Assembly: GCA_003942085.1 (NCBI GenBank)
Contig: DQIQ01000004.1
Location: 1 to 63,144, forward strand
DNA from: Thermoplasmata archaeon
Lineage (GTDB): Archaea; Thermoplasmatota; E2; DHVEG-1
Direction of reading: 5' to 3'
Length of the DNA stretch: 63,144 nt
This document shows positions 43,317 through 52,693 of this stretch, one piece after another. Both the position numbers and the translations under genes were made by a program. Position 1 is the first letter of the stretch; each line of letters begins with the position of its first letter. The notes below the pieces were generated by a model. The model saw only the letters and a program-made list of their open reading frames with translations. It did no database searches and had not been told where the DNA came from.

Positions 43317-45551
43317 TTATTTAATGAAACGTGACGTCAAAAGCAGAGGTAACACGCAGAGACTTGCTATAAAGGAAAAACCAATGAGCGTTATGACCAC
43401 GATACTGAATTGATGGAGTGAGGGAATATTAACAGCAAATGTCGCAAGCAAGGCGACGCTGGTTGTTGTTGCAGCTCCTACCAGTGACCACCCTGTTGTT
43501 TCAATAGTGATTCTCACTGCCTCTGTCTTCGATACTCCTTTTGCTATCTCTTCTCGTACACGTTGTGTGGTCTGAATACTATAATCGATTCCTGTTCCAA
43601 TCATTATCGAAGCAACCGTGATATTGACGATAGACAGTGGTATATCAAGCATCACCAGCGCACCTGGTTCCCATGCTATTACCACAAGAACCGGGATGAG
43701 TGACAGAAGTCCGATACCAATGGAATTAAACCCGATGATCAAACATGCAAGCACCAACAACAACGCAATCAAAAGAGAGGTCGCCTGTGAGCTCATGATC
43801 TGTTTATTGATCTCAACACTGACAACATCCTGACCTGCAAGGACGGAGACACGACCATTTTGCGGGATGATAGCGCTTTGTGCAATTTCATCTATTGCCG
43901 TGATAAGTTTTTCCAATGTCCCCACGCTGGTTCCAGCAGGGAAGGAAACAACAATAATCGTCTTTGAATATTGATCATCGACGATCCCTTTTTTTGCGAT
44001 TTTATCAAGAATAATGGTGTTGACTCCGATAAGCTCAGAGATTTTTTCAATTATCTTGCTTCGTTCTAACACGTCATTAATCTTCTTGATTTCATCAGCG
44101 ATCGAATACGCAGACCCACCAGCAGCTCTAATCTCCTCTTCCATGGTATAGATCGCTTCGATGACTTCAGGATATGTCAAACCCTGGCGGTCTGTTTCAA
44201 TGTACAATGCATTGAAGTTCGTACCACCACCAAAATTCTTCGAATACTCAAGGAGTTTTTCCACCTCAGGGATACCTTGTGGTGCCATATCGAGATAGTT
44301 GACATCGGTTTTCACCTGAGGAAGCACTATTATGGAGAGAACAACGAAGAAACAGGCGACAGCAAACAGCTTCTTTCTGTAATCAACAAGGAATTTGGCG
44401 AAGCGTTTCCACTGATGCATCGTCTCATGTTTCTCAAAATGCAGGACGAGACAGAGACAGGGGACAAGGATTGTCGCAGAGATAAACGCAAACATGATAC
44501 CTATTGCGCATCCAAAACCAAACGTGACCATCGGCGGCATATTTGACGTCATCAGGGAGCCAAATCCGATGATCGTCGTAAATGCACACATGAACACTGC
44601 TTTTCCGGTAAGCCCCAGGGTTCGTTCCACTCGCTCAATTTTATCTTCAACGGTATGTTCTTCCGCAAATCGATTCGCAAGGTAAATCGAATAATCCACC
44701 CCAAGTCCAAGAAGCAATGCCGCAACAGCAATCGAAAGAATAGTAAGCTCAGGTTGGATTATACCTAAAACCCCAAAAGTAAGGAGAAGCGCGTAACCCA
44801 GCGGTAAAAATCCAATGATGAGACCTTTGAGGGTTCTATGAAAGAACAACAGAACACATGCGACACCAATAGCTGCCAAGGGAAACACGATTGTTAAAGA
44901 TTGGAGTGTCTGCTCTTTCATCGCCTGTTGCATCGCAAGCGAACCAGTCACAGTCATCGTCGAATACCGAGCTTCTTTCACAATAGCATCTTTTACATTT
45001 TTAAGGATCTGAAGAAACTCTGCGTTATCAGAGAGCTGGAAGATGATAACCGCGACCTTATAGGAATTCAGGAAAAGGACCCCTTGTCGTGATTGGAGAC
45101 GCGCCATGTAGGTGTTGATGAGAGCTGGATCATCAGGGATTTCGTATTTGCCTGTCCCGCCAAGACCCTCAGGAAGAGCAGGTTTTGCGTTTTCCTCTTT
45201 GATAAGCTGAGCGATGCTACTCACCGAAAAAATGCCATCGGTTTTCCCTTTGTCAAGCTCATAGGTGTTTATCTTTGTGGTCACCCGGTCCATTTCATGT
45301 AAAATGTATGGGTCACGGATGTCATCTGCCTCGATATAGATGATGATGGTAGATCCTATCTGGAATTCCTGGTTGATCTTATTCCATAACTGTACTGTTG
45401 GATCATTTTGAGGTAAAAAGGTGGTAAGATCGGACTGCATATACACGTTACGAACCTGCAGGCCGATAATGATGGTAATAATTGTATACACAAGCAGAAT
45501 CGTTTTTGGTCGTTTCACCAGGATTTTTGCAAGGGAATGTGCTATCTTCAT
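43317..45551 (-). CDS. MMPL/RND-superfamily (HAE3-like) exporter
   Basis: 744 aa with two 6-TM bundles, each preceded by a soluble loop. SSD-like repeats are present (LGLGVDYSIYL, GTGIDYSIQ). Confidence 0.8.
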   Translation of the reverse strand: MKIAHSLAKILVKRPKTILLVYTIITIIIGLQVRNVYMQSDLTTFLPQNDPTVQLWNKINQEFQIGSTIIIYIEADDIRDPYILHEMDRVTTKINTYELDKGKTDGIFSVSSIAQLIKEENAKPALPEGLGGTGKYEIPDDPALINTYMARLQSRQGVLFLNSYKVAVIIFQLSDNAEFLQILKNVKDAIVKEARYSTMTVTGSLAMQQAMKEQTLQSLTIVFPLAAIGVACVLLFFHRTLKGLIIGFLPLGYALLLTFGVLGIIQPELTILSIAVAALLLGLGVDYSIYLANRFAEEHTVEDKIERVERTLGLTGKAVFMCAFTTIIGFGSLMTSNMPPMVTFGFGCAIGIMFAFISATILVPCLCLVLHFEKHETMHQWKRFAKFLVDYRKKLFAVACFFVVLSIIVLPQVKTDVNYLDMAPQGIPEVEKLLEYSKNFGGGTNFNALYIETDRQGLTYPEVIEAIYTMEEEIRAAGGSAYSIADEIKKINDVLERSKIIEKISELIGVNTIILDKIAKKGIVDDQYSKTIIVVSFPAGTSVGTLEKLITAIDEIAQSAIIPQNGRVSVLAGQDVVSVEINKQIMSSQATSLLIALLLVLACLIIGFNSIGIGLLSLIPVLVVIAWEPGALVMLDIPLSIVNITVASIMIGTGIDYSIQTTQRVREEIAKGVSKTEAVRITIETTGWSLVGAATTTSVALLATFAVNIPSLHQFSIVVITLIGFSFIASLCVLPLLLTSRFIK

Positions 45552-45943
45552 AACCCGCCCTCCTGATGATCCATGGTGATTTGCACATATTTCGTTCCAT
45601 TCGTTTCCGCAGCTAGACTTGCAATCTTATTCAGCCGTGATTCGATGATTTTTACCCGTCGGCGGAGGAGAACAAGCGGTGAGACCGCGCAGTAGAGATA
45701 CGGGTTTTTCCCGATGCTTGGTGTTTTTATTTTTTGTCGGTAGACGACTTTTTGTGCATACATCTTTGAAAGAAGCTCCCTAACGGTGCTCGGATGCAGT
45801 TTGGTTCCAGAGATGATTTCATCGCTGCGTGCCCCGTTTTTTCGCAGCAAGTAGACGTAGATACGAGATTCTGCCCTGGAGTCAAGTAATTCGTGGACTG
45901 CAGTCTCAATGTTCTTATCAATAGGTGATCGGGGTCTACTCAT
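45548..45943 (-). CDS. TrmB-like winged-helix transcriptional regulator
   Basis: 131 aa with HTH IYVYLLRKNGARSDEIISGTKLHPSTVRELLSKM. 4-nt overlap with the MMPL gene. Confidence 0.7.
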   Translation of the reverse strand: MSRPRSPIDKNIETAVHELLDSRAESRIYVYLLRKNGARSDEIISGTKLHPSTVRELLSKMYAQKVVYRQKIKTPSIGKNPYLYCAVSPLVLLRRRVKIIESRLNKIASLAAETNGTKYVQITMDHQEGGL

Positions 45944-46011
45944 GAAAGCGCACCAATTTATTTTAAATTTTATATAAAAAAAGTTGTTTTGTCAGTTTAA
46001 ATACCTTTCCA

Positions 46012-46036
46012 TTTTGTCGTCTCCCACCCGACAAAA
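46012..46036. promoter_or_regulatory. palindromic operator-like site 1: TTTTGTCG-N9-CGACAAAA
   Basis: Perfect 8-bp inverted repeat with a 9-nt spacer, in the divergent intergenic region between the TrmB-like/MMPL operon and the DUF357 gene. Confidence 0.5.
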
Positions 46037-46038
46037 CA

Positions 46039-46063
46039 TTTTATCGGCTGAAAGACGATAAAA
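46039..46063. promoter_or_regulatory. palindromic operator-like site 2: TTTTATCG-N9-CGATAAAA
   Basis: Second perfect 8-bp inverted repeat with the same 9-nt spacing, centred 27 bp from site 1. Confidence 0.5.
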
Positions 46064-46119
46064 ATACAACCTATGCAAACATTTATTTCCCCCCATCACC
46101 TCCCGTTAACATCGACAGC

Positions 46120-46359
46120 ATGGATGAAAAAACCAGGGTGACAAAAGACATCGTAATGTTTGAGGAAAACATCAAACAAATACGCGAAACAACAATGACA
46201 GACAGACAGAAAAAAATCCTCGAACTTGCCTCGCAATACTATGAAGATACAAAATATTATGCAAGCAAAAAAGACTACTTCACCGCGTTTGGCTGCATCA
46301 ACTACGCCCATGGGCTTCTTGATGCCATCCTCAAAACAGAACACCAAAGAGGAGAGTAA
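46120..46359 (+). CDS. DUF357 family protein
   Basis: 79 aa. [18 protein letters not shown] is typical of this small archaeal family. Confidence 0.6.
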   Translation: MDEKTRVTKDIVMFEENIKQIRETTMTDRQKKILELASQYYEDTKYYASKKDYFTAFGCINYAHGLLDAILKTEHQRGE

Positions 46360-46360
46360 T

Positions 46361-46912
46361 ATGAAAGTAAAAGGAAGCATAGAAAAATATTATCATTACG
46401 CTTTTCCCATGCAAACGGTCCTTGTCACCAGCAACGATGAAGCCGGGAAAACAAACATCATCACCCTTGCCTGGCACACCCCGATCTCACGCAAACCACC
46501 ATTGTATGGCATTTCGATTGCCCCGAAGCGACACTCCCATGCACTGATTGAGAAAAGCAAGGAATTTGTCATCAATTTCATCCCGTATTCTCTGGTTGAG
46601 GCTGCACAGTTCTGCGGGACCCACTCCGGTAAAACAACCGATAAGCTCTGTAAAACCGGAATCACCCTTGCACCATCTCTGAAACTATCCACACCTCTAA
46701 TCAAGGAAGGATACGCCCATCTGGAATGCAAATTAGTAGAAAGTATTCCGCTTGGCGACCATACGCTTTTTATTGGCGAAATACTCGTAGTCTCAGCTGA
46801 TGAAAACGCATTCAAAAACGAACTGCTCAGAACAGACCTTGTCCATCCCTTGTACTACATCGGGGAAAACGCGTATACGACGCTTGATAGGGTAAAAAGG
46901 AAAATATTCTAG
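46361..46912 (+). CDS. flavin reductase-like FMN-binding protein
   Basis: MQTVLVTS..GKTNIITLAWHTPIS and GDHTLFIGEI motifs. The ATG at 46361 lies immediately after the DUF357 stop. Confidence 0.75.
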   Translation: MKVKGSIEKYYHYAFPMQTVLVTSNDEAGKTNIITLAWHTPISRKPPLYGISIAPKRHSHALIEKSKEFVINFIPYSLVEAAQFCGTHSGKTTDKLCKTGITLAPSLKLSTPLIKEGYAHLECKLVESIPLGDHTLFIGEILVVSADENAFKNELLRTDLVHPLYYIGENAYTTLDRVKRKIF

Positions 46913-47697
46913 CTGAAAAAAAGCTGCAGCTCAGCATCCACATTAATCCCTAATATCTGCTGGGCGTTGCCCTGATTGACACTAAGTTCAAGAAAACGAT
47001 TACTTCCGATGGTGAAGAGAAGGTCTCCTGGCTTTGCATATCCGTACGAGGACACAAACGGAATCTGCTCCCATCGACGGTCACCAGCGACCACCGTGAT
47101 TTTTTTCTGCTCGACCTCACCAGGTAAAATATCACAGGGGATGTTTGTTATCAGATTTCCAAACCGATCGACATAAATCACTTCCCCAACGACCCGGTCG
47201 CCGTGATGCTCCCCTAAATCGAACTGAAGGTCAACAAAATGCTTTGTCGGTGTACCGATCTCACCAAAGGGGACTCCCCGTGCGATATACGCGGCGACCG
47301 GCGCGAAGATATCACGACCATGGAAGGTGCGGGATAACGGATGGATCATGTATTTAGGGTTCGTGATCTCATAGACAACAAAGTCTCCCAGAAGGCGCGC
47401 GGTCGGCAAGAGTATCCCATTATCCGGACCGACCAGGATCTGTTTTTTTGTCGTGACAATCAAACCTTTCCGTTCCGTACCAACACCAGGGTCGACCACC
47501 GCAACATGAATTGTCCCCAGAGGAAAAAACGGTGCGGTTGCCCACAGGATGAACGCACCTTCTCTGATATTATGCGGTGAAACCTCATGTGTGATGTCAA
47601 GAAGCCGCGCATCAGAAATACTTGATGCGACCCCTTTCATCTGCGCAACATATCCATCCTTGGTGCCGAAATCCGTAAGAAACGTAATCCGTCTCAT
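46909..47697 (-). CDS. SAM hydroxide adenosyltransferase (DUF62; fluorinase/chlorinase-like fold)
   Basis: ITFLTDFGTKDGYVAQMKGV N-terminus, HVAVVDPGVGT and FHGRDIFAP motifs. Confidence 0.8.
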   Translation of the reverse strand: MRRITFLTDFGTKDGYVAQMKGVASSISDARLLDITHEVSPHNIREGAFILWATAPFFPLGTIHVAVVDPGVGTERKGLIVTTKKQILVGPDNGILLPTARLLGDFVVYEITNPKYMIHPLSRTFHGRDIFAPVAAYIARGVPFGEIGTPTKHFVDLQFDLGEHHGDRVVGEVIYVDRFGNLITNIPCDILPGEVEQKKITVVAGDRRWEQIPFVSSYGYAKPGDLLFTIGSNRFLELSVNQGNAQQILGINVDAELQLFFS

Positions 47698-47838
47698 GTC
47701 TCCAACCTTTGCGACGATCTCTGCTCAGTATTGTTGTTCCATTCATTAGTCTTATTGACCACTTTTTTCTCACGACCTAACCAAAACTATATATGGGAGA
47801 AGCGTGTATAATATTAAAGATTGGAGAAGTAAGAAGGA

Positions 47839-48243
47839 ATGGAGTCCGGAGAGATGAGTTATAAAAAAACAAGTGTCGCAGAGGACATTTGGGAACAAAA
47901 CGCTCAGCGAAGTATGACCTGCCCTCAATGTAAAGGGTTTTTGACCATCGTCCAGGTTGATCCCATTGACGAAACAGATAACGCGTACACCCCGTACAGG
48001 ACTGTTGTTGAATGTTCTAGCTGCTCTTATCGTATGGTCACCGAATCGTTCACCATTCTTGGAGGAATCAAGGATTTCGACAATGAATATGTTGAGATCG
48101 GCAGCTGGGGACCAAGCGGCAGTCGGGTGCTCTCACGCTTTAAGCACTCGATCAGTGTCAACCTTCTCAATGAACTAAAAAAATCACAAGAACTCGTGGA
48201 ATTCTTAATCGTCAATGAACACGTCGTTCAGGTCATAGGATAA
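47839..48243 (+). CDS. hypothetical zinc-ribbon protein
   Basis: 134 aa with CPQC...CSSC. No family assigned. Confidence 0.45.
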   Translation: MESGEMSYKKTSVAEDIWEQNAQRSMTCPQCKGFLTIVQVDPIDETDNAYTPYRTVVECSSCSYRMVTESFTILGGIKDFDNEYVEIGSWGPSGSRVLSRFKHSISVNLLNELKKSQELVEFLIVNEHVVQVIG

Positions 48244-48403
48244 ACACACTAATAAAAAAAGAAGAATGGACCCTCACGACTACATCATTTTAAAGGCCAA
48301 CAGGTTTGTTTATAGAATGTTTTTAATAAATAGTTCATAAACCAATAATTGGTAAAGGAAAAAAGTCAAATAAAGAACCAAACATTATAGTCCTGTGAGA
48401 CTC

Positions 48404-49597
48404 ATGACGAAAAAAGCGGTTATTTTAGCGGCTGGCGAAGGAAAACGGCTCAGGCCGTTCACCGAGACCATGCCTAAAGTCATGCTCCCCGTTGCCAACA
48501 AACCACTACTCGAATACGTGTTTGACGCCGCCAGAAAAAGCGGAATTGAGGAAATCATCGTCGTCGTTGGGTACAAAAAAGAAGTCATCATGGAGTATTT
48601 CAAAGACTACAAAGACATCAAAATAACATACGTCATCCAAGAAAGACAACTCGGGACTGCCCATGCACTCCTTCAGGCAAAAAAACACATCAAGGATTCC
48701 TTCATTGTTCTGGCAGGGGATAACATCATTGACCCAGGCAGCATTGCAAAGCTCCTCAAAGACCAATCAGAATATTCCCTGCTCATAAAAGAACACCCGC
48801 ATCCCTCCAAATACGGGGTCGTATTTATCGAAAACCGAAACATCAGACGCATTGTTGAAAAACCAAAAGAAGATGTTGGCAAATACATCTCCACCGGAAT
48901 CTACAAACTCCCCCGCTCTGTCTTCACCGACCTTGAACACTGCTACGCGGAGGGAGTTCACGCGCTGTCATCTGTCATCCAAACCCTGGTAGACAAAGGA
49001 AAACATATCAACACCATTCTAGCAAAATCATGGATGGACATAGTATATCCCTGGGACCTCATCACTGTCAACGAAGCAATGATTCAGACGACAAGTGAAT
49101 CCACCAGCGGCGTCATCGAAAAAAACGTTACGATAAAAGGCAGGGTATCCATTGGAAAAGATACGAAAATCTACGCAGGCTGCTACATCGTCGGTCCAGT
49201 GATCATCGGGGATAACTGCGAAATAGGACCCCATGCGTGCATCTTCCCATCCACCAGCATCGGCAAAAACACTGTGATTCATCCGTTCAGCGAAATAAGA
49301 AGCAGCATTATTATGGATGATGTTCACATCGCATCAAGTTCACATATCTCCCAGTCCATCATCGGCAAAGGATGCATCATCGGGGATAACTTCTCGACAA
49401 TAACAGGGAAAACGATGATAGAAATCGACGATGAGATCAAGAAACTAGAAACACCGATAGGAGCCATGGTCGGAGAAGACTGCATCATCGAAAGCCACGT
49501 CGTGGTTGACCCTGGAAAGATCATCGGCAGAAAATGCAGGATTTCCCCCATGAAACATATCATAAAAAATATCCCAAGTGAAAGTAAAGTGATGTAA
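48404..49597 (+). CDS. bifunctional sugar-1-phosphate nucleotidylyltransferase / acetyltransferase (archaeal GlmU-like), copy 1
   Basis: AVILAAGEGKRLRPFT N-terminal NTP-transferase motif and a C-terminal left-handed beta-helix with hexapeptide repeats. Confidence 0.75.
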   Translation: MTKKAVILAAGEGKRLRPFTETMPKVMLPVANKPLLEYVFDAARKSGIEEIIVVVGYKKEVIMEYFKDYKDIKITYVIQERQLGTAHALLQAKKHIKDSFIVLAGDNIIDPGSIAKLLKDQSEYSLLIKEHPHPSKYGVVFIENRNIRRIVEKPKEDVGKYISTGIYKLPRSVFTDLEHCYAEGVHALSSVIQTLVDKGKHINTILAKSWMDIVYPWDLITVNEAMIQTTSESTSGVIEKNVTIKGRVSIGKDTKIYAGCYIVGPVIIGDNCEIGPHACIFPSTSIGKNTVIHPFSEIRSSIIMDDVHIASSSHISQSIIGKGCIIGDNFSTITGKTMIEIDDEIKKLETPIGAMVGEDCIIESHVVVDPGKIIGRKCRISPMKHIIKNIPSESKVM

Positions 49598-49598
49598 C

Positions 49599-51413
49599 GT
49601 GTGCGGAATCATAGGTTATGCAGGTTTTCGTGACGCGCGGACCGTCTTACTCGATTCATTAAAACGACTTGATTACCGGGGGTACGATTCAGCGGGCGTC
49701 GCCATCATCGATAAGAAACTAAAAGTCTACAAGGAAGTAGGCGAGATAGCAAACGTAGAAAAAAAAATCCCGCTGCTCAAAGGAACCACCGGGATCGGTC
49801 ACACTCGATGGGCGACCCATGGGGGTGTTACCAAAGAAAACGCTCATCCGCACCTTAGTTGTGATAAAAAAATCGCAATCGTCCATAATGGGATCATCGA
49901 AAACTTCAGCACACTCAAAGAAGACTTAAAAAAGAAGGGACATAAATTCATCTCCCAAACAGACACAGAGGTCATTGCGCATCTCATTGACGAACTCTAC
50001 AAAGGAAACCTCGAGGATGCAGTTGCCGCTACCGTAAAAAAGATCCAAGGATCCTATTCAATTGTTGCCATCAGTCAAGATGAACCTGGGAAAGTCGTTG
50101 GAATCCGAAAAGAAAGCCCGCTGGTCATCGGCGTGGGAGACAGCGAAAACTTCCTTGGTTCAGACATCACCGCGTTTCTCAAATACACCAATCGTGTGAT
50201 GTTCCTCAACGATGGGGAACTCTGTGTCATAACACCAGACGCCATCAGGGTGTATGACAAGAACAAGAAAATGATCAAAAAGAAAGAAGACCTCATCACT
50301 TGGGATATAAAAGACGCGGAGAAATCAGGCTTCCCTCATTTCATGCTCAAAGAAATCTATGACCAACCAGACACGGTCCATCACGTCCTCAGAGGGCGCA
50401 TCTCAGAAATCGAAGAAACAATCACGTTCCCTGATCGTGTTGAAAAGCTCCTCAGTCCTGAAATTGCTTCTATTCACATCGTTGCCTGCGGTACTTCATT
50501 TTATGCTGGTATGATCGGGAAATACCTCATCGAACAGCACACCAATATACCAGTGTTCACAGAGCTAGCCTCAGAGTACCGATATTTCGGGACACGAAAC
50601 GAGTCCTCACTGGTCATCGCGATCACCCAGTCCGGTGAGACCGCCGATACCCTAGCAGCATTACGAGAAGCACAGATGTCAGGATGCAAAACACTGGTCG
50701 TGACCAACGTTATCGGCAGCACCGCAACTCGTATCTCCGATGGATACATCTTACAGCAGTCAGGCCCGGAAATCGGCGTAGCCGCAACCAAAACATTCAC
50801 CTCACAGATCATTGTCCTGTTCCTCATTGCCCTCAAAATTGCGTTGCGTCAAAAGATGCTTGGCTCCGATGAGCTGTACAACAACATCTTCCATCTGAAA
50901 GAACTCCCGCGACATGTCCGAGACGTCCTACAGCGAAGCAATGACATCATCGCTGTCGCAAAACACCTCAAGGACGCGAAATCCGTGTTTTTTATCGGCA
51001 GAGGCATCAACTATCCGCTCTCCTTAGAAGGTGCGTTGAAGCTCAAAGAAATCTCCTACATCCATGCCGAGGGGTTTGCTGCTGGTGAGCTGAAACATGG
51101 ACCGTTCGCCCTGCTGACTAAAGAAACCCCGGTCGTCGCAATCGTCACCAAAGACGAAACCTATGAAAAGATCCTTGCCAACATCGGTGAAATAAAAGCA
51201 CGAGGATCCAAAGTGATTGCCATAGCTGAAGACAAAGACACAGAAATCGAAAACCACGCTGACTATGTGCTTCGCTTCCCTGCGGGCTCTCATGTGCTGC
51301 CGTGCATCCCTATCACCGTTGTTCTCCAGTTACTCGCCTATCATGTGGCTCATCTCCGAAAATGCCCGATTGATAAACCACGGAACCTTGCAAAATCAGT
51401 AACCGTTGAGTGA
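49599..51413 (+). CDS. glmS: glutamine--fructose-6-phosphate aminotransferase (isomerizing)
   Basis: GTG start followed by CGIIGY (Ntn Cys). Two SIS domains and the terminal KSVTVE. Confidence 0.9.
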   Translation: MCGIIGYAGFRDARTVLLDSLKRLDYRGYDSAGVAIIDKKLKVYKEVGEIANVEKKIPLLKGTTGIGHTRWATHGGVTKENAHPHLSCDKKIAIVHNGIIENFSTLKEDLKKKGHKFISQTDTEVIAHLIDELYKGNLEDAVAATVKKIQGSYSIVAISQDEPGKVVGIRKESPLVIGVGDSENFLGSDITAFLKYTNRVMFLNDGELCVITPDAIRVYDKNKKMIKKKEDLITWDIKDAEKSGFPHFMLKEIYDQPDTVHHVLRGRISEIEETITFPDRVEKLLSPEIASIHIVACGTSFYAGMIGKYLIEQHTNIPVFTELASEYRYFGTRNESSLVIAITQSGETADTLAALREAQMSGCKTLVVTNVIGSTATRISDGYILQQSGPEIGVAATKTFTSQIIVLFLIALKIALRQKMLGSDELYNNIFHLKELPRHVRDVLQRSNDIIAVAKHLKDAKSVFFIGRGINYPLSLEGALKLKEISYIHAEGFAAGELKHGPFALLTKETPVVAIVTKDETYEKILANIGEIKARGSKVIAIAEDKDTEIENHADYVLRFPAGSHVLPCIPITVVLQLLAYHVAHLRKCPIDKPRNLAKSVTVE

Positions 51414-51425
51414 GGCAGAAAAACC

Positions 51426-52631
51426 ATGAAATGTGTGATTCTTGCGGCAGGCGAAGGAAACCGGATGCATCCTCTCACGTATACCAGGCCAAAAGTGATG
51501 CTTCCGATCGCAGACAAACCAATCCTTGAATGGAACCTGCTCAATGCTCGTGCAGCTGGTCTGAAAGAATATATTTTTATCGTCAGTTACAAAAGTGAGA
51601 TGGTACGAGAATATTTCGGAAATGGAAAACCATGGAACGTAAAGATCAGCTACATCAATCAGGGAAAAGCCATGGGGACTGCTCACGCCATCGGAACGGT
51701 CGAGCCGTTCGTCAATGATTTTATCACCCTCTGTGGTGATACGATTTTTGGTGCCAGCGATATTAAAAAAGTCGCCCAGAAAGGAACCAAGATAGGATTA
51801 ATCCAGATGGATAATGCAACGGAGTATGGTATCGTAGAGCTCAAGGGAAAACACTTAATCAAGATCTCTGAGAAAATGGAGCATCCATCATCCAACGTCA
51901 TCAACGCAGGTATCTACCATTTCAACAAAAAGATCTTTGACTTTATTCGTAGGACGGCAAAATCACCAAGAGGCGAGTTTGAAATTACTGATTCCATCAA
52001 TAAGATGGTAAGTAAAGAGCCAATGGAGGGCGTATTCCTTAAAGAATGGCGAGATGTCGTCTACCCGTGGCATCTCCTTGATGCAAACGAGGAGATTTTA
52101 AAGAAGTTGAAGACAAAAATTCAAGGCACTGTTGAGAAGAACGTGACATTAAAAGGAATCGTAGTCGTCGGAAAAGACACGGTTATCCGTTCAGGCACCT
52201 ACATCGAAGGCCCGGTCGTCATCGGAAATAACAGTAAAATCGGACCAAACTGCTATCTCAGACCCTTTACTACTATAGGGAATCACTGCCATGTGGGAAA
52301 CGCCTGCGAAGTAAAAAACTCCATCATCATGGACCATAGCAACGTCCCCCATCTCAACTACGTTGGTGATTCCATCATCGGACAGCACTGTAATCTTGGG
52401 GCAGGCACCACCGTTGCAAACCTCAAACTTGATAAAAACAATATAGCGGTCGTACTCAATGGAAAAAAAATTGATTCCAAACGACGGAAACTTGGGATGG
52501 TTATGGGAGATAATGTACAGACAGGGATTAACTCCATTATAAATGTTGGAACGATGATTGGTAACGACGTGTTTATCGGTCCAGGTGGATTTGCGAAAAA
52601 TGAACTCAAACCATTCTCACGAATCTTATAA
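51426..52631 (+). CDS. bifunctional sugar-1-phosphate nucleotidylyltransferase / acetyltransferase (archaeal GlmU-like), copy 2
   Basis: VILAAGEGNRMHPLT motif and C-terminal hexapeptide repeats. Paralog of 48404-49597. Confidence 0.75.
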   Translation: MKCVILAAGEGNRMHPLTYTRPKVMLPIADKPILEWNLLNARAAGLKEYIFIVSYKSEMVREYFGNGKPWNVKISYINQGKAMGTAHAIGTVEPFVNDFITLCGDTIFGASDIKKVAQKGTKIGLIQMDNATEYGIVELKGKHLIKISEKMEHPSSNVINAGIYHFNKKIFDFIRRTAKSPRGEFEITDSINKMVSKEPMEGVFLKEWRDVVYPWHLLDANEEILKKLKTKIQGTVEKNVTLKGIVVVGKDTVIRSGTYIEGPVVIGNNSKIGPNCYLRPFTTIGNHCHVGNACEVKNSIIMDHSNVPHLNYVGDSIIGQHCNLGAGTTVANLKLDKNNIAVVLNGKKIDSKRRKLGMVMGDNVQTGINSIINVGTMIGNDVFIGPGGFAKNELKPFSRIL

Positions 52632-52693
52632 AAAAACATAATCTTTCTCCCCAGTTATTTAATATATACCATTGCTACTATCGCTTTTTTAAT

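Noticed and set aside
49560-49640. Possible riboswitch or ribozyme leader upstream of glmS.
   Set aside because: glmS starts 1 nt after the preceding stop, leaving no room for a structured leader. The glmS ribozyme is a bacterial feature.
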